In this document: positions 1 through 10,520 of the stretch, piece by piece
Layout: each line of letters opens with the position of its first letter
How positions within the stretch are numbered: the stretch's first letter is position 1
From: a virus
Taxonomy: Duplodnaviria > Caudoviricetes
Direction: 5' to 3' (one strand)
Length of the DNA: 64,000 bases
IMG/VR virus record: IMGVR_UViG_3300032038_000001
Coordinates: 32,001-96,000 of that record
Translations under genes and position numbers: made by a program
The notes under the pieces: model-generated
What the model saw: only the letters and a program-made list of their open reading frames with translations
Told to the model about the DNA's origin: nothing
The model's database searches: none

Positions 1-29
1 CCCGAAGGTATACTCTCTCACATTAATTA

Positions 30-737
30 TTAGTGACCGCGAATCTTTCTGTTAAGTTCTTCAGCCAAATTGAAATTTTTCTTTGACTTTTTACTCTTAT
101 CAGTATATCTATAGACTGTGTAAATGAATTCTCCAGTCTCCTGTTTATTCAGCTTCTTAATCTCTACCATAAACTTCCGACCTGTATGCTCAATATCTAC
201 GAGCATATCATAAAATATTCTTACTGGGTCAAGAAGCATCAGAACGACCTTTGTATCCTTGTCTACCTGATGAATCCTAGGGACAGAAAGCGTCACCAGA
301 TTTCTTGAGCTTTCTCTTGATACCTCCTTCTGGCGGCACCAAGCGGAACTCTGGAATAATGTTCTGTCTTTTTTATCGTACTGGTATGCTTCAAGAATCT
401 TCCAATACGGTGCTGAAATATTAGCATAGTTGCCAGTATTTCGTGTGGGGTTAAACATCGGAAGTTCATCCCGATTATTCTTTCCTTTTTCCTTTGCTCT
501 CTTATCCTCGATTACGTCGAGGCTGAGAGTAATAGCCAGCGGAACAAATTTCCTACTAGCTTCTCCAGAGTCCACATGCACATCAATATTAGGTGCATCG
601 ACTCCTGATGCGCGGAGTTTCGCGCTTACTGCATCAAATTTCTTCTGAAGATATCTCTCAACATGCTCAGTAGAAATTTCGATGAACAGCCTGTTCATGT
701 CAGGTGTAAGTCCCGATCTTGTTTTAATCATAGCCAT
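30..737 (-). CDS. hypothetical protein (235 aa)
   Basis: Long ORF with GAAAGGGG RBS upstream; no recognisable motif. Confidence 0.75.
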   Translation of the reverse strand: MAMIKTRSGLTPDMNRLFIEISTEHVERYLQKKFDAVSAKLRASGVDAPNIDVHVDSGEASRKFVPLAITLSLDVIEDKRAKEKGKNNRDELPMFNPTRNTGNYANISAPYWKILEAYQYDKKDRTLFQSSAWCRQKEVSRESSRNLVTLSVPRIHQVDKDTKVVLMLLDPVRIFYDMLVDIEHTGRKFMVEIKKLNKQETGEFIYTVYRYTDKSKKSKKNFNLAEELNRKIRGH

Positions 738-923
738 ATTAACACGGCCCCTTTCTGTAAATTCGGTAAACTAGATTAACGATTACGTTTACCATAAAAA
801 TGATGTATAACTTCGCATCAAAAACAATTTTTGTTGCTTAAAGTTAAATTAAAGTTATATAAATATTAAAAAATAATTAAAAAAAAAATAAGTCGCAAGT
901 GATTTCACTTGCGACTTAAAAAC

Positions 924-1736
924 TTAATTTATGTATATGCCATTGTCATAGACAATAACATATTTAACCGGACTTTGCCAAGCCCAGTCAAATTGAGCTT
1001 CATTAGAGCCCATGAGGATTACATCCTCGGGAAGATAATCCTCATCGACGACGAATTCTATCATTCCGCCATCGGCTCCAACATAGCCATTCCCATCGAC
1101 TGTATCGCAATAGCGTTTACAGTCAGAGAGAACACATTGTAGACGCAGTCCATTTTCCAGGACCACATCCACGAACTGGCCTTTTCTGCTCGTTATCTCC
1201 TGACCGAGGGCAATACAGTACCTACCCCCGACCAATCTGATCCCTGTTGTGGGATCAGTTGAACCGTACCAAGCCTGTAACATATATTGTTCAGACTCAG
1301 TATCAGTAATTGTCCTATAATCCATATAGGACATCCTGGTACTTTGATACCCTGACGGAGCATAATAAATTTCTCCATCGAGAGCACCAACTGAAGATTC
1401 TTCGGATTCTGATGACGATGAAGATATTTCTTCTAGTATCTTTTTCATATCCTCATCATCGTTGTTATTGAAGCTTTCACTATTAGTTTGAGGTGAACAA
1501 GCTTCAATGAATTTCACCTCAACACCACCAGACCCGTTGTTATTTTCTACCTGTGATTCATGAATCACAGGTAGTTTTTTACTCTCCGAAATTCGGAGAG
1601 CTGTTATCGTAACCGACAACGTTCCACAAAATGCTACCGTTACAATCGCAGCAACTGTAGCTAGAACTCGTACAGCACCCCATCGACCAATCATCTTTCT
1701 CCACAGTTTTTCTACCATCATCATTGTTCTTCTCAT
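924..1736 (-). CDS. membrane-anchored protein with possible cell-wall-acting (3D/DPBB-like) C-terminal domain
   Basis: N-terminal hydrophobic helix, Ser/Glu linker, C-terminal GIRLVGGRYCIALG...VDVVLENG...SDCK..DT segment; AGGAGG RBS. Confidence 0.5.
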   Translation of the reverse strand: MRRTMMMVEKLWRKMIGRWGAVRVLATVAAIVTVAFCGTLSVTITALRISESKKLPVIHESQVENNNGSGGVEVKFIEACSPQTNSESFNNNDDEDMKKILEEISSSSSESEESSVGALDGEIYYAPSGYQSTRMSYMDYRTITDTESEQYMLQAWYGSTDPTTGIRLVGGRYCIALGQEITSRKGQFVDVVLENGLRLQCVLSDCKRYCDTVDGNGYVGADGGMIEFVVDEDYLPEDVILMGSNEAQFDWAWQSPVKYVIVYDNGIYIN

Positions 1737-1920
1737 TTTTTTAACCTCCTGTTTTTTATTTTTTATAATGAGAATTACATAGCACCTTTAAGTATTTATT
1801 ATTATTTAGGTGTATGCTATTATATGATATATAATCGTGATATTTAAAAAAACGCAACCATTAAAAATGAATTAAAAATACTACAATCGTTTAAATCAAA
1901 TAAAAAGGAGTATTCTCATA

Positions 1921-3105
1921 ATGAAATATAATGGATATGTTATAAGTGATATTCATATAGGTGCTAAAGATGTTGATAAACTATATGAAGAATACACTAA
2001 AATGTTCATAGATATTATTAAAAAAGATAAAGTTGATTTTATTGTGATATGCGGTGATTATTTTGATCATAAGTTATTCTTAAACGATAAAGAGTCTGCA
2101 TATGCATATGCTATGATGGTAGATTTAATTAAAGCTACCAACGAAGATACAAAAATACGTATTGTATATGGAACTGAATCTCACGAGTGTAAACAGTATG
2201 AGATAATATCAAAACTAAATAGTATTTATAATAGAGATATTAAAGTTATAAAATACGCATCAGACGAATTCTTATTTAAAGACTTGCATATTTTGTATCT
2301 TCCGGAAGAGCATATTATAGATAAACATGAGTATTATAAAGACCTCTTTGATAACGAAACACCTTACAATTATATATTTGGACATGGGGTTATCCGAGAA
2401 GCCATGAAAGAGGCTGCTGTACAATTAGAAAATGATAAGAGGAAACGAAAAAAAGTTCCAGTGTTTTCAACAAGTGAATTTAGAAAGATATGTATAGGTG
2501 AAACATACTTCGGCCATTATCATGTCAATACTGAATTTGATGGGGTTTATTATGTTGGTTCATTTACTAGATGGCAGTTTGGAGAAGAAGCGTCTAAAGG
2601 ATTCTATAAAATATCATGTGATACTAGTAAAAATAAATATAAACATAAGTTTATAGAGAATACTATGGCTCCAATTTATAAAACGATATCATTTGGTTAT
2701 GATAATAATATATTTAATTCTATAGAAGATATGGAAGAGAAACTTAAAAAAATTGATGAAATTCTGTCAAACAAAGTTTTTGATAATGTGCGATTTATAT
2801 TCAATATTCCTACAGATTATGAAGACCCTGAATTTTTGATTTTATATCTGAAAGAAAGATATAAATTTAATGATAAAGTAAAAGTAGAAATAGTAAATGG
2901 ATATATTGACGTTAAACGTAAACAACAAAAAGAAGAAGTGCAGAAAGAGAATACGAAGTATTCATTTATATTTGACAAAAATATGAGTCTTGAAGATAAG
3001 ACTTCACATTTTATAAAAATAGAATATAATCGAGATATATCATCCGAAACTATCTCAAAATATTTATATAAACCATTAACCGAAATCTTGAAAGGAAATG
3101 ATTAA
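1921..3105 (+). CDS. SbcD/Mre11-like metallophosphoesterase nuclease
   Basis: SDIHIG, GDYFD, GTESHE, GHG and FGHYH motifs. Confidence 0.85.
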   Translation: MKYNGYVISDIHIGAKDVDKLYEEYTKMFIDIIKKDKVDFIVICGDYFDHKLFLNDKESAYAYAMMVDLIKATNEDTKIRIVYGTESHECKQYEIISKLNSIYNRDIKVIKYASDEFLFKDLHILYLPEEHIIDKHEYYKDLFDNETPYNYIFGHGVIREAMKEAAVQLENDKRKRKKVPVFSTSEFRKICIGETYFGHYHVNTEFDGVYYVGSFTRWQFGEEASKGFYKISCDTSKNKYKHKFIENTMAPIYKTISFGYDNNIFNSIEDMEEKLKKIDEILSNKVFDNVRFIFNIPTDYEDPEFLILYLKERYKFNDKVKVEIVNGYIDVKRKQQKEEVQKENTKYSFIFDKNMSLEDKTSHFIKIEYNRDISSETISKYLYKPLTEILKGND

Positions 3106-3107
3106 AA

Positions 3108-3704
3108 ATGAGAAAGCCTAAGTTTATTATCGTTATTAACGGTAAAGGTGGTGCTGGAAAAGATACATTGGTTGAAATGGCTAGAAAACATTTTTCAGTA
3201 GAAAATATTTCATCAATAGACCCAATAAAAGATGCTGCCCTTTATCTAGGATGGACTGGAGATAAAAGTAATAAATCTAGAAAATTTCTTGCAGATTTGA
3301 AAAAGCTAGTAACAGATTTTAACGATTATCCAACAGTATCTCTTATAACAAAAACTATAACATTTTTAAAAAGTAATAGTGATGTATTATTTGTTCATAT
3401 ACGTGAAGGAGAAGAGATTACTAAATATATTAATAATGTATTAAAAGTTACTAAACAAGATCAAAATAATACAGTATCTCCATATGAATATAGAATAATT
3501 ACATTATTAATACGTAGGGAATCGAAAAATAATAAAGAATACGGTAATACATCGGATGATAATGTTGAAAATTATAAATATATGTATACTTTTCATAATG
3601 ATTTACCATTGGATGAAACAGAATATGTATACCTAATGTTCTTATTAGGTATATTTAACGAAATAAAAAACAAACAACCGACAATTCCATATATTGATGA
3701 TTAA
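3108..3704 (+). CDS. P-loop (deoxy)nucleotide kinase-like protein
   Basis: N-terminal NGKGGAGKDT Walker A, DPIK and HIRE motifs. Confidence 0.65.
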   Translation: MRKPKFIIVINGKGGAGKDTLVEMARKHFSVENISSIDPIKDAALYLGWTGDKSNKSRKFLADLKKLVTDFNDYPTVSLITKTITFLKSNSDVLFVHIREGEEITKYINNVLKVTKQDQNNTVSPYEYRIITLLIRRESKNNKEYGNTSDDNVENYKYMYTFHNDLPLDETEYVYLMFLLGIFNEIKNKQPTIPYIDD

Positions 3705-3750
3705 AAACGTAAAAAAAGAGTGTGTATAGATATATACACACTCTTTTTTA

Positions 3751-4524
3751 TTACCATGCAAATAAAAATACTATAATTGCTAAAAATTTTGATATTGCTT
3801 CCTTAAAGAAAAGACTTATCTTTGTACATACTTTTTCAATTAAACCAACTTTTTTAGGAATAACTTCTGCACCAAGAATATCTCTTTTAATTTCTATCTT
3901 ACTTACTTCTGCTTCTATTTCTTGTATTTTATTAATACACTTATCAATAGTTGCAAAAACTGATGAATGTCCAGTAAGTTCAGATGTAAAAAATTTTATA
4001 GCACTATTTGTACTAATAGTTATTTCTTTATCAGCTATAGCATCTAATTCATTTTCATACTTTTTTCTAGTTGATTCAAATTTAATTAAATCTTTATCAA
4101 TTTCTGCAACGGACTCATATTTAGTCTTCTGCATTTTAGTGAGTTGTTTCATTAAATCAGATGCCATACGTACATATTTTTCTTTATATTTTTCAACATC
4201 TTTACTTTTTACTGTTCGTTCTCCAGCAAGTTGTTTAGCTATCAAAGTTCTTCTTATTTCTTCAAGTTTCTTCTTTGTTGTTTTTTCTCGAATTAATGTA
4301 TTCCATTTAGTCTTAATATCAATTGCAAATTCACGCAATGATATTATAAGTTTTTTAAAAAACATAGAAACTTTATGCATAAAACTTTCATGTTCTTTTT
4401 CAGTAACATAATGATTATCGTATATAAATTCTGTATATTCGAGGATAGCTTGATCGAGTTTATTTGAATTTATTGATAAAGCAGTTTCAAATGCTAAATC
4501 ATTATTATATAAAAAATCTTTCAT
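3751..4524 (-). CDS. probable virion (internal head) protein
   Basis: Helical Lys/Glu-rich ORF with hydrophobic C-terminus; AACA-N6-TA promoter at 4556-4567. Confidence 0.5.
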   Translation of the reverse strand: MKDFLYNNDLAFETALSINSNKLDQAILEYTEFIYDNHYVTEKEHESFMHKVSMFFKKLIISLREFAIDIKTKWNTLIREKTTKKKLEEIRRTLIAKQLAGERTVKSKDVEKYKEKYVRMASDLMKQLTKMQKTKYESVAEIDKDLIKFESTRKKYENELDAIADKEITISTNSAIKFFTSELTGHSSVFATIDKCINKIQEIEAEVSKIEIKRDILGAEVIPKKVGLIEKVCTKISLFFKEAISKFLAIIVFLFAW

Positions 4525-4623
4525 TTATTTTCACCTCTATAAATATTATTATAGTTAGTACAATGTTTCGGATAGAAAATAAACTAGATTGAATATATGC
4601 TATTCAATCTAGTTTATTTCTTT

Positions 4624-4824
4624 TTATTCTAGTGATTTATAATAAAGAGTGCAGTGACAATAACCTTCAAAGTTAGAATCTTTTATTTGATCTCTGAACT
4701 CTTTACACATACACTTATTATCAGGTATCTTTTCAATTCTACAAGGGCAATATCCATCATTTTCTTTCAAACTCTTACGAACTTCGTCAACAATGGATTT
4801 ATCTTGATTTAGCTTTACTGACAT
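4624..4824 (-). CDS. ferredoxin-thioredoxin reductase catalytic chain-like protein
   Basis: GYCPCR...CMC..F....G.CHC.LY matches the CPC/CxC/CHC pattern of FTR beta. Confidence 0.8.
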   Translation of the reverse strand: MSVKLNQDKSIVDEVRKSLKENDGYCPCRIEKIPDNKCMCKEFRDQIKDSNFEGYCHCTLYYKSLE

Positions 4825-4845
4825 TAATTATATCACCCTTTCGGA

Positions 4846-5547
4846 TTACATTCCAGTAGAACCTATTCCACCGGTTCGTTTTTTATTTTGTACGCCATCA
4901 AGTATTTCTGTTGCAGTTATTCCATAAGACATAAATATACCCTGAGCAAATCCTGTACCAGCACTAACTTCAAATGGCTCTTGGTGTGTATTATTATTTT
5001 CTTTAGTTATTATTTTACCATCATTATCAAATGACATTTTAGCTGTATTATCAAATCCATCATATACTATTTTTATCATAATATGACCATAATTATTAGC
5101 ATTGTAATAATCACTATCAATTATGCCTACAGTATTTACAATTGATAATCTGTACTTAAATCCCTGACCACTCCTAGGGAATAATGCCAAAAAGCATCCT
5201 TTAGGCATTTTTGATCTAATTCCTGTAGGAATTGTTATATCGGTACCACAATTTAATTTTAAATCAAACGGTATAAAGAAATCATGCCCAGCACTATCAG
5301 AAGTTCCTCTTTCAGGAAGTTTAATATTATTAAAAATATTATGTACCATATCTTCTGGAGCATCACCATATAACTTACACCAGTCTTTATAATACTGCTC
5401 AAAGGGAACCTTTTCAAAATCTGGATTAGATTTTTTAATAGCTTTTTCAATCATTTCCTGTTGACCAAGTATTGTAGGGCCTCCTTGGAAAAATCCAGGA
5501 TCGATTTCAGAATTTGGGGTAATTAATTTTGGTGTCATAAAAAACAT
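4846..5547 (-). CDS. dut: trimeric dUTPase
   Basis: All five motifs present: SAGHD, PRSG, GIIDSDY, AQG, RTGGIGSTG. Confidence 0.9.
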   Translation of the reverse strand: MFFMTPKLITPNSEIDPGFFQGGPTILGQQEMIEKAIKKSNPDFEKVPFEQYYKDWCKLYGDAPEDMVHNIFNNIKLPERGTSDSAGHDFFIPFDLKLNCGTDITIPTGIRSKMPKGCFLALFPRSGQGFKYRLSIVNTVGIIDSDYYNANNYGHIMIKIVYDGFDNTAKMSFDNDGKIITKENNNTHQEPFEVSAGTGFAQGIFMSYGITATEILDGVQNKKRTGGIGSTGM

Positions 5548-5642
5548 CCTTTCAAATAAAAATTTATCTAAATGTGAGAAAGAAAATAAAGATGTATGGC
5601 ATATATTTCATTACCATACATCTTTATTTATATATAGGGGAG

Positions 5643-5930
5643 TTAATTATGAATGCCTATCATTTCATCGAAACTAACATCATCTGTAGCTTCAAGTAAC
5701 ATATTAATTTCTCTCTGGTCATCACTATCATCAGATGGCATCTGATTTACTATATCTTTTGCCTCTATAAGATCAACAAGAGATTCTTTTATATACTGCG
5801 ATTCAGCTTTGTCAACTCTATCAGCAATGATATCTTCATTTGCCATTTCACGTACAAATGCTACTTCGTGTAAAAACGTAGCACGCTTACGGCGAATCTT
5901 ATCAACTGCATTTTCAATCATTAGGATCAT
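5643..5930 (-). CDS. small acidic late/virion protein
   Basis: GAAAGG RBS; AACA-N6-TA at 5951-5962. Confidence 0.55.
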   Translation of the reverse strand: MILMIENAVDKIRRKRATFLHEVAFVREMANEDIIADRVDKAESQYIKESLVDLIEAKDIVNQMPSDDSDDQREINMLLEATDDVSFDEMIGIHN

Positions 5931-6016
5931 TCCTTTCTATAAAAATATATTATGGTACTGTTTTAAAATAAAAAAAAGAAGAGTGAATTTGTAACATTCA
6001 CTCTTCTTAATATAAT

Positions 6017-8104
6017 TTAATGCTTATCGCTCATTAATTTAGAATACTCTTTAAGATGATCAGTTGAAATTTCTGGTTTGAAAAATGCATCTATATATGA
6101 CGCACCAGTTCTCTTATCATATACATCATCACTTAAGAATAACTTCTTGATATTTTGGAAAGATAAACTAATCAACGGGGATTCGTTCATTTCCAATGCC
6201 TTTCTTACGGTTAATATTGAATATCTAGGCATCTTCTTCTGACTAAAATCAGGTCTTGAATATATATCTTCCTCTGAACGAATTAGTCTGTTTATTATTA
6301 TCTCTGCAGCTACATTATTTGCCGAAATACCAGACTCTATTAACAACTCCAAGAATCTCTGACTCATAGAATCAATTGTCTCATTTATACCATCACATTT
6401 ATTTTTGTTGATGAGATCCATCAAATCATACAATGGCTTTGTTAACTCCTGATTCATGATAACAACCTCAAAGAGTTTAATGTTATCATCAAGATCCTTA
6501 AATTTTATAAGACCTTTGTTTTTCTTCATGAGGTCTAATGCCTCACGAGAGACAAATATTTCTTTTTCATTGAGTGTATAGATGGGAATATCTTCTTCAG
6601 AGGAATCTTCTATATTTTTAATATAGAATTTACCATTCTCTATTACGGTGTTATATAGTGAGTCATCATCCATTTCTTCAACTTTCGATAGATCGTTTGG
6701 ATCTATATAAATCGCATAATCGTTAATATCATCAACAAACGGATTGTAATTAACTATTGGATTTATTTCACCACATACTATGGTAAAGAATTTATGAAAA
6801 TCCTCATTAAACTTAACAACCTCTGAGTTTGTTGTCAGAAGATGTTTAGTCGAAAGAATTGATTGGTTGACAACCTTAGTAACTTCCTCACTTTCAAATG
6901 CCGCAAAACCATCAGAGATATCCTGATTTATTACAGCTGTAAGTCCTACACAACGAGGGCAAACCTTATTACTATCTCTACATGCACACGTAGCAGGTGA
7001 ACGTACAAGAATCTTCTTTCCAATAAGATGCTTACACTTTGACGAATCGAGAAGTGATAAATAATCAGACTCCGTTTCTTTGAAATACTTTCCATTTAGC
7101 TTATTGAGAATTTTTTCATTCTTAACATCATAAGTAACTAAATGTGAAGTACCACAATCTGATATATCTGTTGATATCGACAATGTTCTTGCAAGAAGCA
7201 AAACCATTTTTCCGAAATAACCTGCTCGTCCCATTACTTTTTTATTAGTAACTAATGACTTTCTAGCACCAGTTGCATCCGTATATAAATCAGATGGTTT
7301 TGTCAATCCTTTATAAACGGTAGAATTCTGGATAGGCATCGGTAATGTCTCACCAGTTAATGTAGGTTTGAGACCTTCTGATATAGTAAATTCTCTGAGC
7401 TGTTTCAGTTTTATACCTGTTTTTGCAGTAAGAATTACACCTATTCCATTATTAGGTGATGACTTGAAAATATCAATAGTCCTTTTTTCAAACTCATCGA
7501 GTTTAACTTCAATATCATGCGGTGCCATGCCATCAGAGAACTGATACTCCATCATTTCCCTAAATTCAGTATTTTCTTCATACATATTGATGAATGTCTG
7601 AGCGTCAAAATTCAAACCCAGTATCAAAGAAAAATCCTGAGATATTTTTCTAAGATTATAAAGCACTTCTGATATTGAGTAGTTGACAAAAGTATTTTTA
7701 ACATGATATTCTCTTAAAATAGTTATCAGACGACTGTTGATATAATCATTTATTCGAGGAATATCATTATAACAATCTAAAATAAAACTTTTATCAAGAA
7801 CTTCAAGATCATTAAGCTCTGTGAATGGATACCACAGAATCATATTAACGTAGAAGTGTCTCAGCTCAAGTTCATGTGTTTCGTTATCATTCTTATAGAA
7901 CTTAAACTTTATGGGGAATTCTCTGCATTCCCTTATAACAAAACAGCCTTTAACTATATTTCCAAGTTTTGTTATAAATATATTATAGTCATCATGGCTG
8001 TTTAAATAATCAGAAATTATATATAATGGTTTTAACCACTCTTTTAATTCCTTTCTATTATTTATTATTGGTACGTCTTTCATTAAGTTGAACGACATAT
8101 GCAA
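6017..8104 (-). CDS. multisubunit RNA polymerase beta' C-terminal subunit
   Basis: GARKSL..K....AGY (bridge helix), DCGT, RSPATC...CPRCVG zinc site, Q.ILSTKH trigger-loop region. Confidence 0.9.
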   Translation of the reverse strand: MHMSFNLMKDVPIINNRKELKEWLKPLYIISDYLNSHDDYNIFITKLGNIVKGCFVIRECREFPIKFKFYKNDNETHELELRHFYVNMILWYPFTELNDLEVLDKSFILDCYNDIPRINDYINSRLITILREYHVKNTFVNYSISEVLYNLRKISQDFSLILGLNFDAQTFINMYEENTEFREMMEYQFSDGMAPHDIEVKLDEFEKRTIDIFKSSPNNGIGVILTAKTGIKLKQLREFTISEGLKPTLTGETLPMPIQNSTVYKGLTKPSDLYTDATGARKSLVTNKKVMGRAGYFGKMVLLLARTLSISTDISDCGTSHLVTYDVKNEKILNKLNGKYFKETESDYLSLLDSSKCKHLIGKKILVRSPATCACRDSNKVCPRCVGLTAVINQDISDGFAAFESEEVTKVVNQSILSTKHLLTTNSEVVKFNEDFHKFFTIVCGEINPIVNYNPFVDDINDYAIYIDPNDLSKVEEMDDDSLYNTVIENGKFYIKNIEDSSEEDIPIYTLNEKEIFVSREALDLMKKNKGLIKFKDLDDNIKLFEVVIMNQELTKPLYDLMDLINKNKCDGINETIDSMSQRFLELLIESGISANNVAAEIIINRLIRSEEDIYSRPDFSQKKMPRYSILTVRKALEMNESPLISLSFQNIKKLFLSDDVYDKRTGASYIDAFFKPEISTDHLKEYSKLMSDKH

Positions 8105-8195
8105 CGCCTTCCTTTCTACTTTTTTATTAAGGTGTGAATAATAAAATAAGATTCTAGTAGTAAAAACTTACTACTAGAATCTTATTATTACTATA

Positions 8196-9068
8196 TCACT
8201 TTGTCAGAGATGAGTCCATGAATTTGTTTATAACCCCTAAGTTCTTCATGAAGATAATATATAAGTCTTCATTATTAACCGCATAAGATATACTCTCTAT
8301 ATTCTTGAGAGTACTATCAATAGTGGAATATTCTCCCCATATTTTAGCTGTTTCATAAGGGTCATCAACGAACGCCTTGTGACAGAAAGGAGCTATTATT
8401 AGATGCTTGTTGCCTATTTTTGTAGCAGCCTCAAAAGTATCACTAATAAGCCTGTTAATAACTTCAAGTCCTGTCGGACGTTCAATACCATCCTTCATAT
8501 ACTTTACAGATGGTTCTGAAATAAGAAGTAGATTAATCTTAAACGGATTTTTACGTATCTTGCCTGTATTATCATCCAAAAATACAAACAGCTGAGGTAT
8601 CATCAGCACGTTAGTAAATGATGTCTTATCATCTTCATTAATCGACTTCCAATCATTTTCAATTTTATCATATACTGCTGCCAATGTTGAAGTTCTCATT
8701 AGAGTACCAACAATTGAATCATCCAGCATATTGAAAATTTCTGTTGCTGATTTTTTATTGACGATATGAACTACCGTCTGGGTGTCAGCATCAGATAACT
8801 TCGAAAGCATTTCACCCATTTTCCACATAGTTGTAAGGTTTGACGTCACGTCAACCATAAATGATGATGAACTAAGGGCTATCTTTTCATTAGTTAAGAT
8901 ACCCTCAATTCTCGAGCATACAGCGTTGTTTAAAGATTCTGAAATAAAGGGTTCGAGAGAAACCTTTTCACCTTTAACAAATTTAACTTTTCCTGACTGC
9001 AAAATTTTTATATTCTGCTGTGCAACAGAATATTCGTCCTTCTTTTTCTTCTTCTTACTCATAAACAT
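8196..9068 (-). CDS. degenerate DUF2263/TIGR02452 (bacterial PARG-like macrodomain) protein
   Basis: LMRTSTL, PQLFVFLDD, PFKINLLLISEP, GNKHLIIAPFCHKAFVDDP, SISYAV blocks in family order; GGG...QEE catalytic motif absent. Confidence 0.55.
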   Translation of the reverse strand: MFMSKKKKKKDEYSVAQQNIKILQSGKVKFVKGEKVSLEPFISESLNNAVCSRIEGILTNEKIALSSSSFMVDVTSNLTTMWKMGEMLSKLSDADTQTVVHIVNKKSATEIFNMLDDSIVGTLMRTSTLAAVYDKIENDWKSINEDDKTSFTNVLMIPQLFVFLDDNTGKIRKNPFKINLLLISEPSVKYMKDGIERPTGLEVINRLISDTFEAATKIGNKHLIIAPFCHKAFVDDPYETAKIWGEYSTIDSTLKNIESISYAVNNEDLYIIFMKNLGVINKFMDSSLTK

Positions 9069-9110
9069 TTTAAACCTCCTAGTTTATAATATTTTTTATA
9101 TATTTCATCA

Positions 9111-10424
9111 TTAAAATGAATCAATATCATTTGTTTTAAGAGAATTATCTATTTTCTCTATACACAGAGCCTGGAGATATGCTGGAGAAATCGTAAAATT
9201 ATCATCAACAGTTTCAATGTCGATAACATCTGAAATATCTAATCCATATATATTACACATTTCTTCTGCTTCCTGCTTATTAAATTCTTCCATTTCTATA
9301 TGCAAGTCAAACCTACCATATCTTTTAACAGCAGGATCTAACTTATCATAATAATTTGTAGTTGCAACTACAATGGAAATAGGATAATATACACCGTCCT
9401 TTGCTTTGTAATAATAAGTGGGAGGATTATCCAAAAATTCAAGAAGAGATGATAATACAGAATCATTTCGTATTTTATTATCATCATTCTCACGTGATGA
9501 ACAGATGCAATCTATGTCATCTATTGCAAACAGTTTAGGCTCCGCCTCTCGCCATGTTTCTATCCCGGCGTCATTATTTCTAAAGAATTGCGGTGACATA
9601 ACACAAACTTGTTTGATACCAAGGCGTTTAGCTAAAGCTTTGCAAAAAGTACTTTTACCAGTACCGGGTTTTCCGTAAATTATTATTGATAATTTACACG
9701 GTATACCTTTCTTATAATATATAGGTATTTTATCAACCCAATTATCAATATAGGAAAGTAACTCGTTTTTATCACGAATAACCATCTGATCAAATGATTT
9801 AAAGATAGTATCTTTAGGAGATTTTCTTTCATCACAGTCGTATACTATTTGTTCTGTAACTATCTCCTGTCTAATATCCTTATATTTATCAACCATCTCA
9901 AAATATTTGTTTTTATATTTTGAAAATTTTTTACCAATAAAATATAAACTCCATACTCTTATATATGGATATGGACGACCGGAGTCGTTAAGTTCGATTT
10001 TTAATAATGCATAGTTACCATTATTAAATTCAGCGACATATACACCATCATTTAATTTATATTTTTTCAGCTTATTTGCTGTTACATTATCATCAGCGTA
10101 TTTTCGATCACGAATATGATAATCGGCATTAATATCATTTTTTGATATACCACTTTTATTCTTCTTATTATGCTTACAAATAAATTTGCAGGCACATAAA
10201 AATTCTACATTGACATCAGTGCCATAAGGAGATACAGTACCACCTATTTTTATAGCAAGATGATTTTCTATCAACGCTGGAATTTTACGTATTATTTCAT
10301 TACAATCATTAAATGTATTATTGAATACGTAATCATCATACAAGTGCTGAAGTATTGAGTCACCCTTAAATGAAGAATTATCATTATCGTAAATATTTAT
10401 ATCGTTTATATTCATTCTTTTCAC
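9111..10424 (-). CDS. AAA+ ATPase
   Basis: GKPGTGKST Walker A, AIDDID Walker B, TTN sensor, LDPAVKRYGRFD. Confidence 0.9.
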   Translation of the reverse strand: MKRMNINDINIYDNDNSSFKGDSILQHLYDDYVFNNTFNDCNEIIRKIPALIENHLAIKIGGTVSPYGTDVNVEFLCACKFICKHNKKNKSGISKNDINADYHIRDRKYADDNVTANKLKKYKLNDGVYVAEFNNGNYALLKIELNDSGRPYPYIRVWSLYFIGKKFSKYKNKYFEMVDKYKDIRQEIVTEQIVYDCDERKSPKDTIFKSFDQMVIRDKNELLSYIDNWVDKIPIYYKKGIPCKLSIIIYGKPGTGKSTFCKALAKRLGIKQVCVMSPQFFRNNDAGIETWREAEPKLFAIDDIDCICSSRENDDNKIRNDSVLSSLLEFLDNPPTYYYKAKDGVYYPISIVVATTNYYDKLDPAVKRYGRFDLHIEMEEFNKQEAEEMCNIYGLDISDVIDIETVDDNFTISPAYLQALCIEKIDNSLKTNDIDSF

Positions 10425-10520
10425 TCCTCAACATTTTTTAAAAAGAAGTCAACTAAAAAATAATAAAGCATATAAAAATGAGGCTATTACTATTAATAGT
10501 AATAGCCTCATTTACTTTTT

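Noticed and set aside
3722-4411. 229-aa plus-strand ORF and other antisense or overlapping ORFs (e.g. 14571-15013, 22212-22676, 23939-24907, 35681-36109, 53334-54626)
   Set aside because: Shadows of well-supported genes; no RBS and implausible composition
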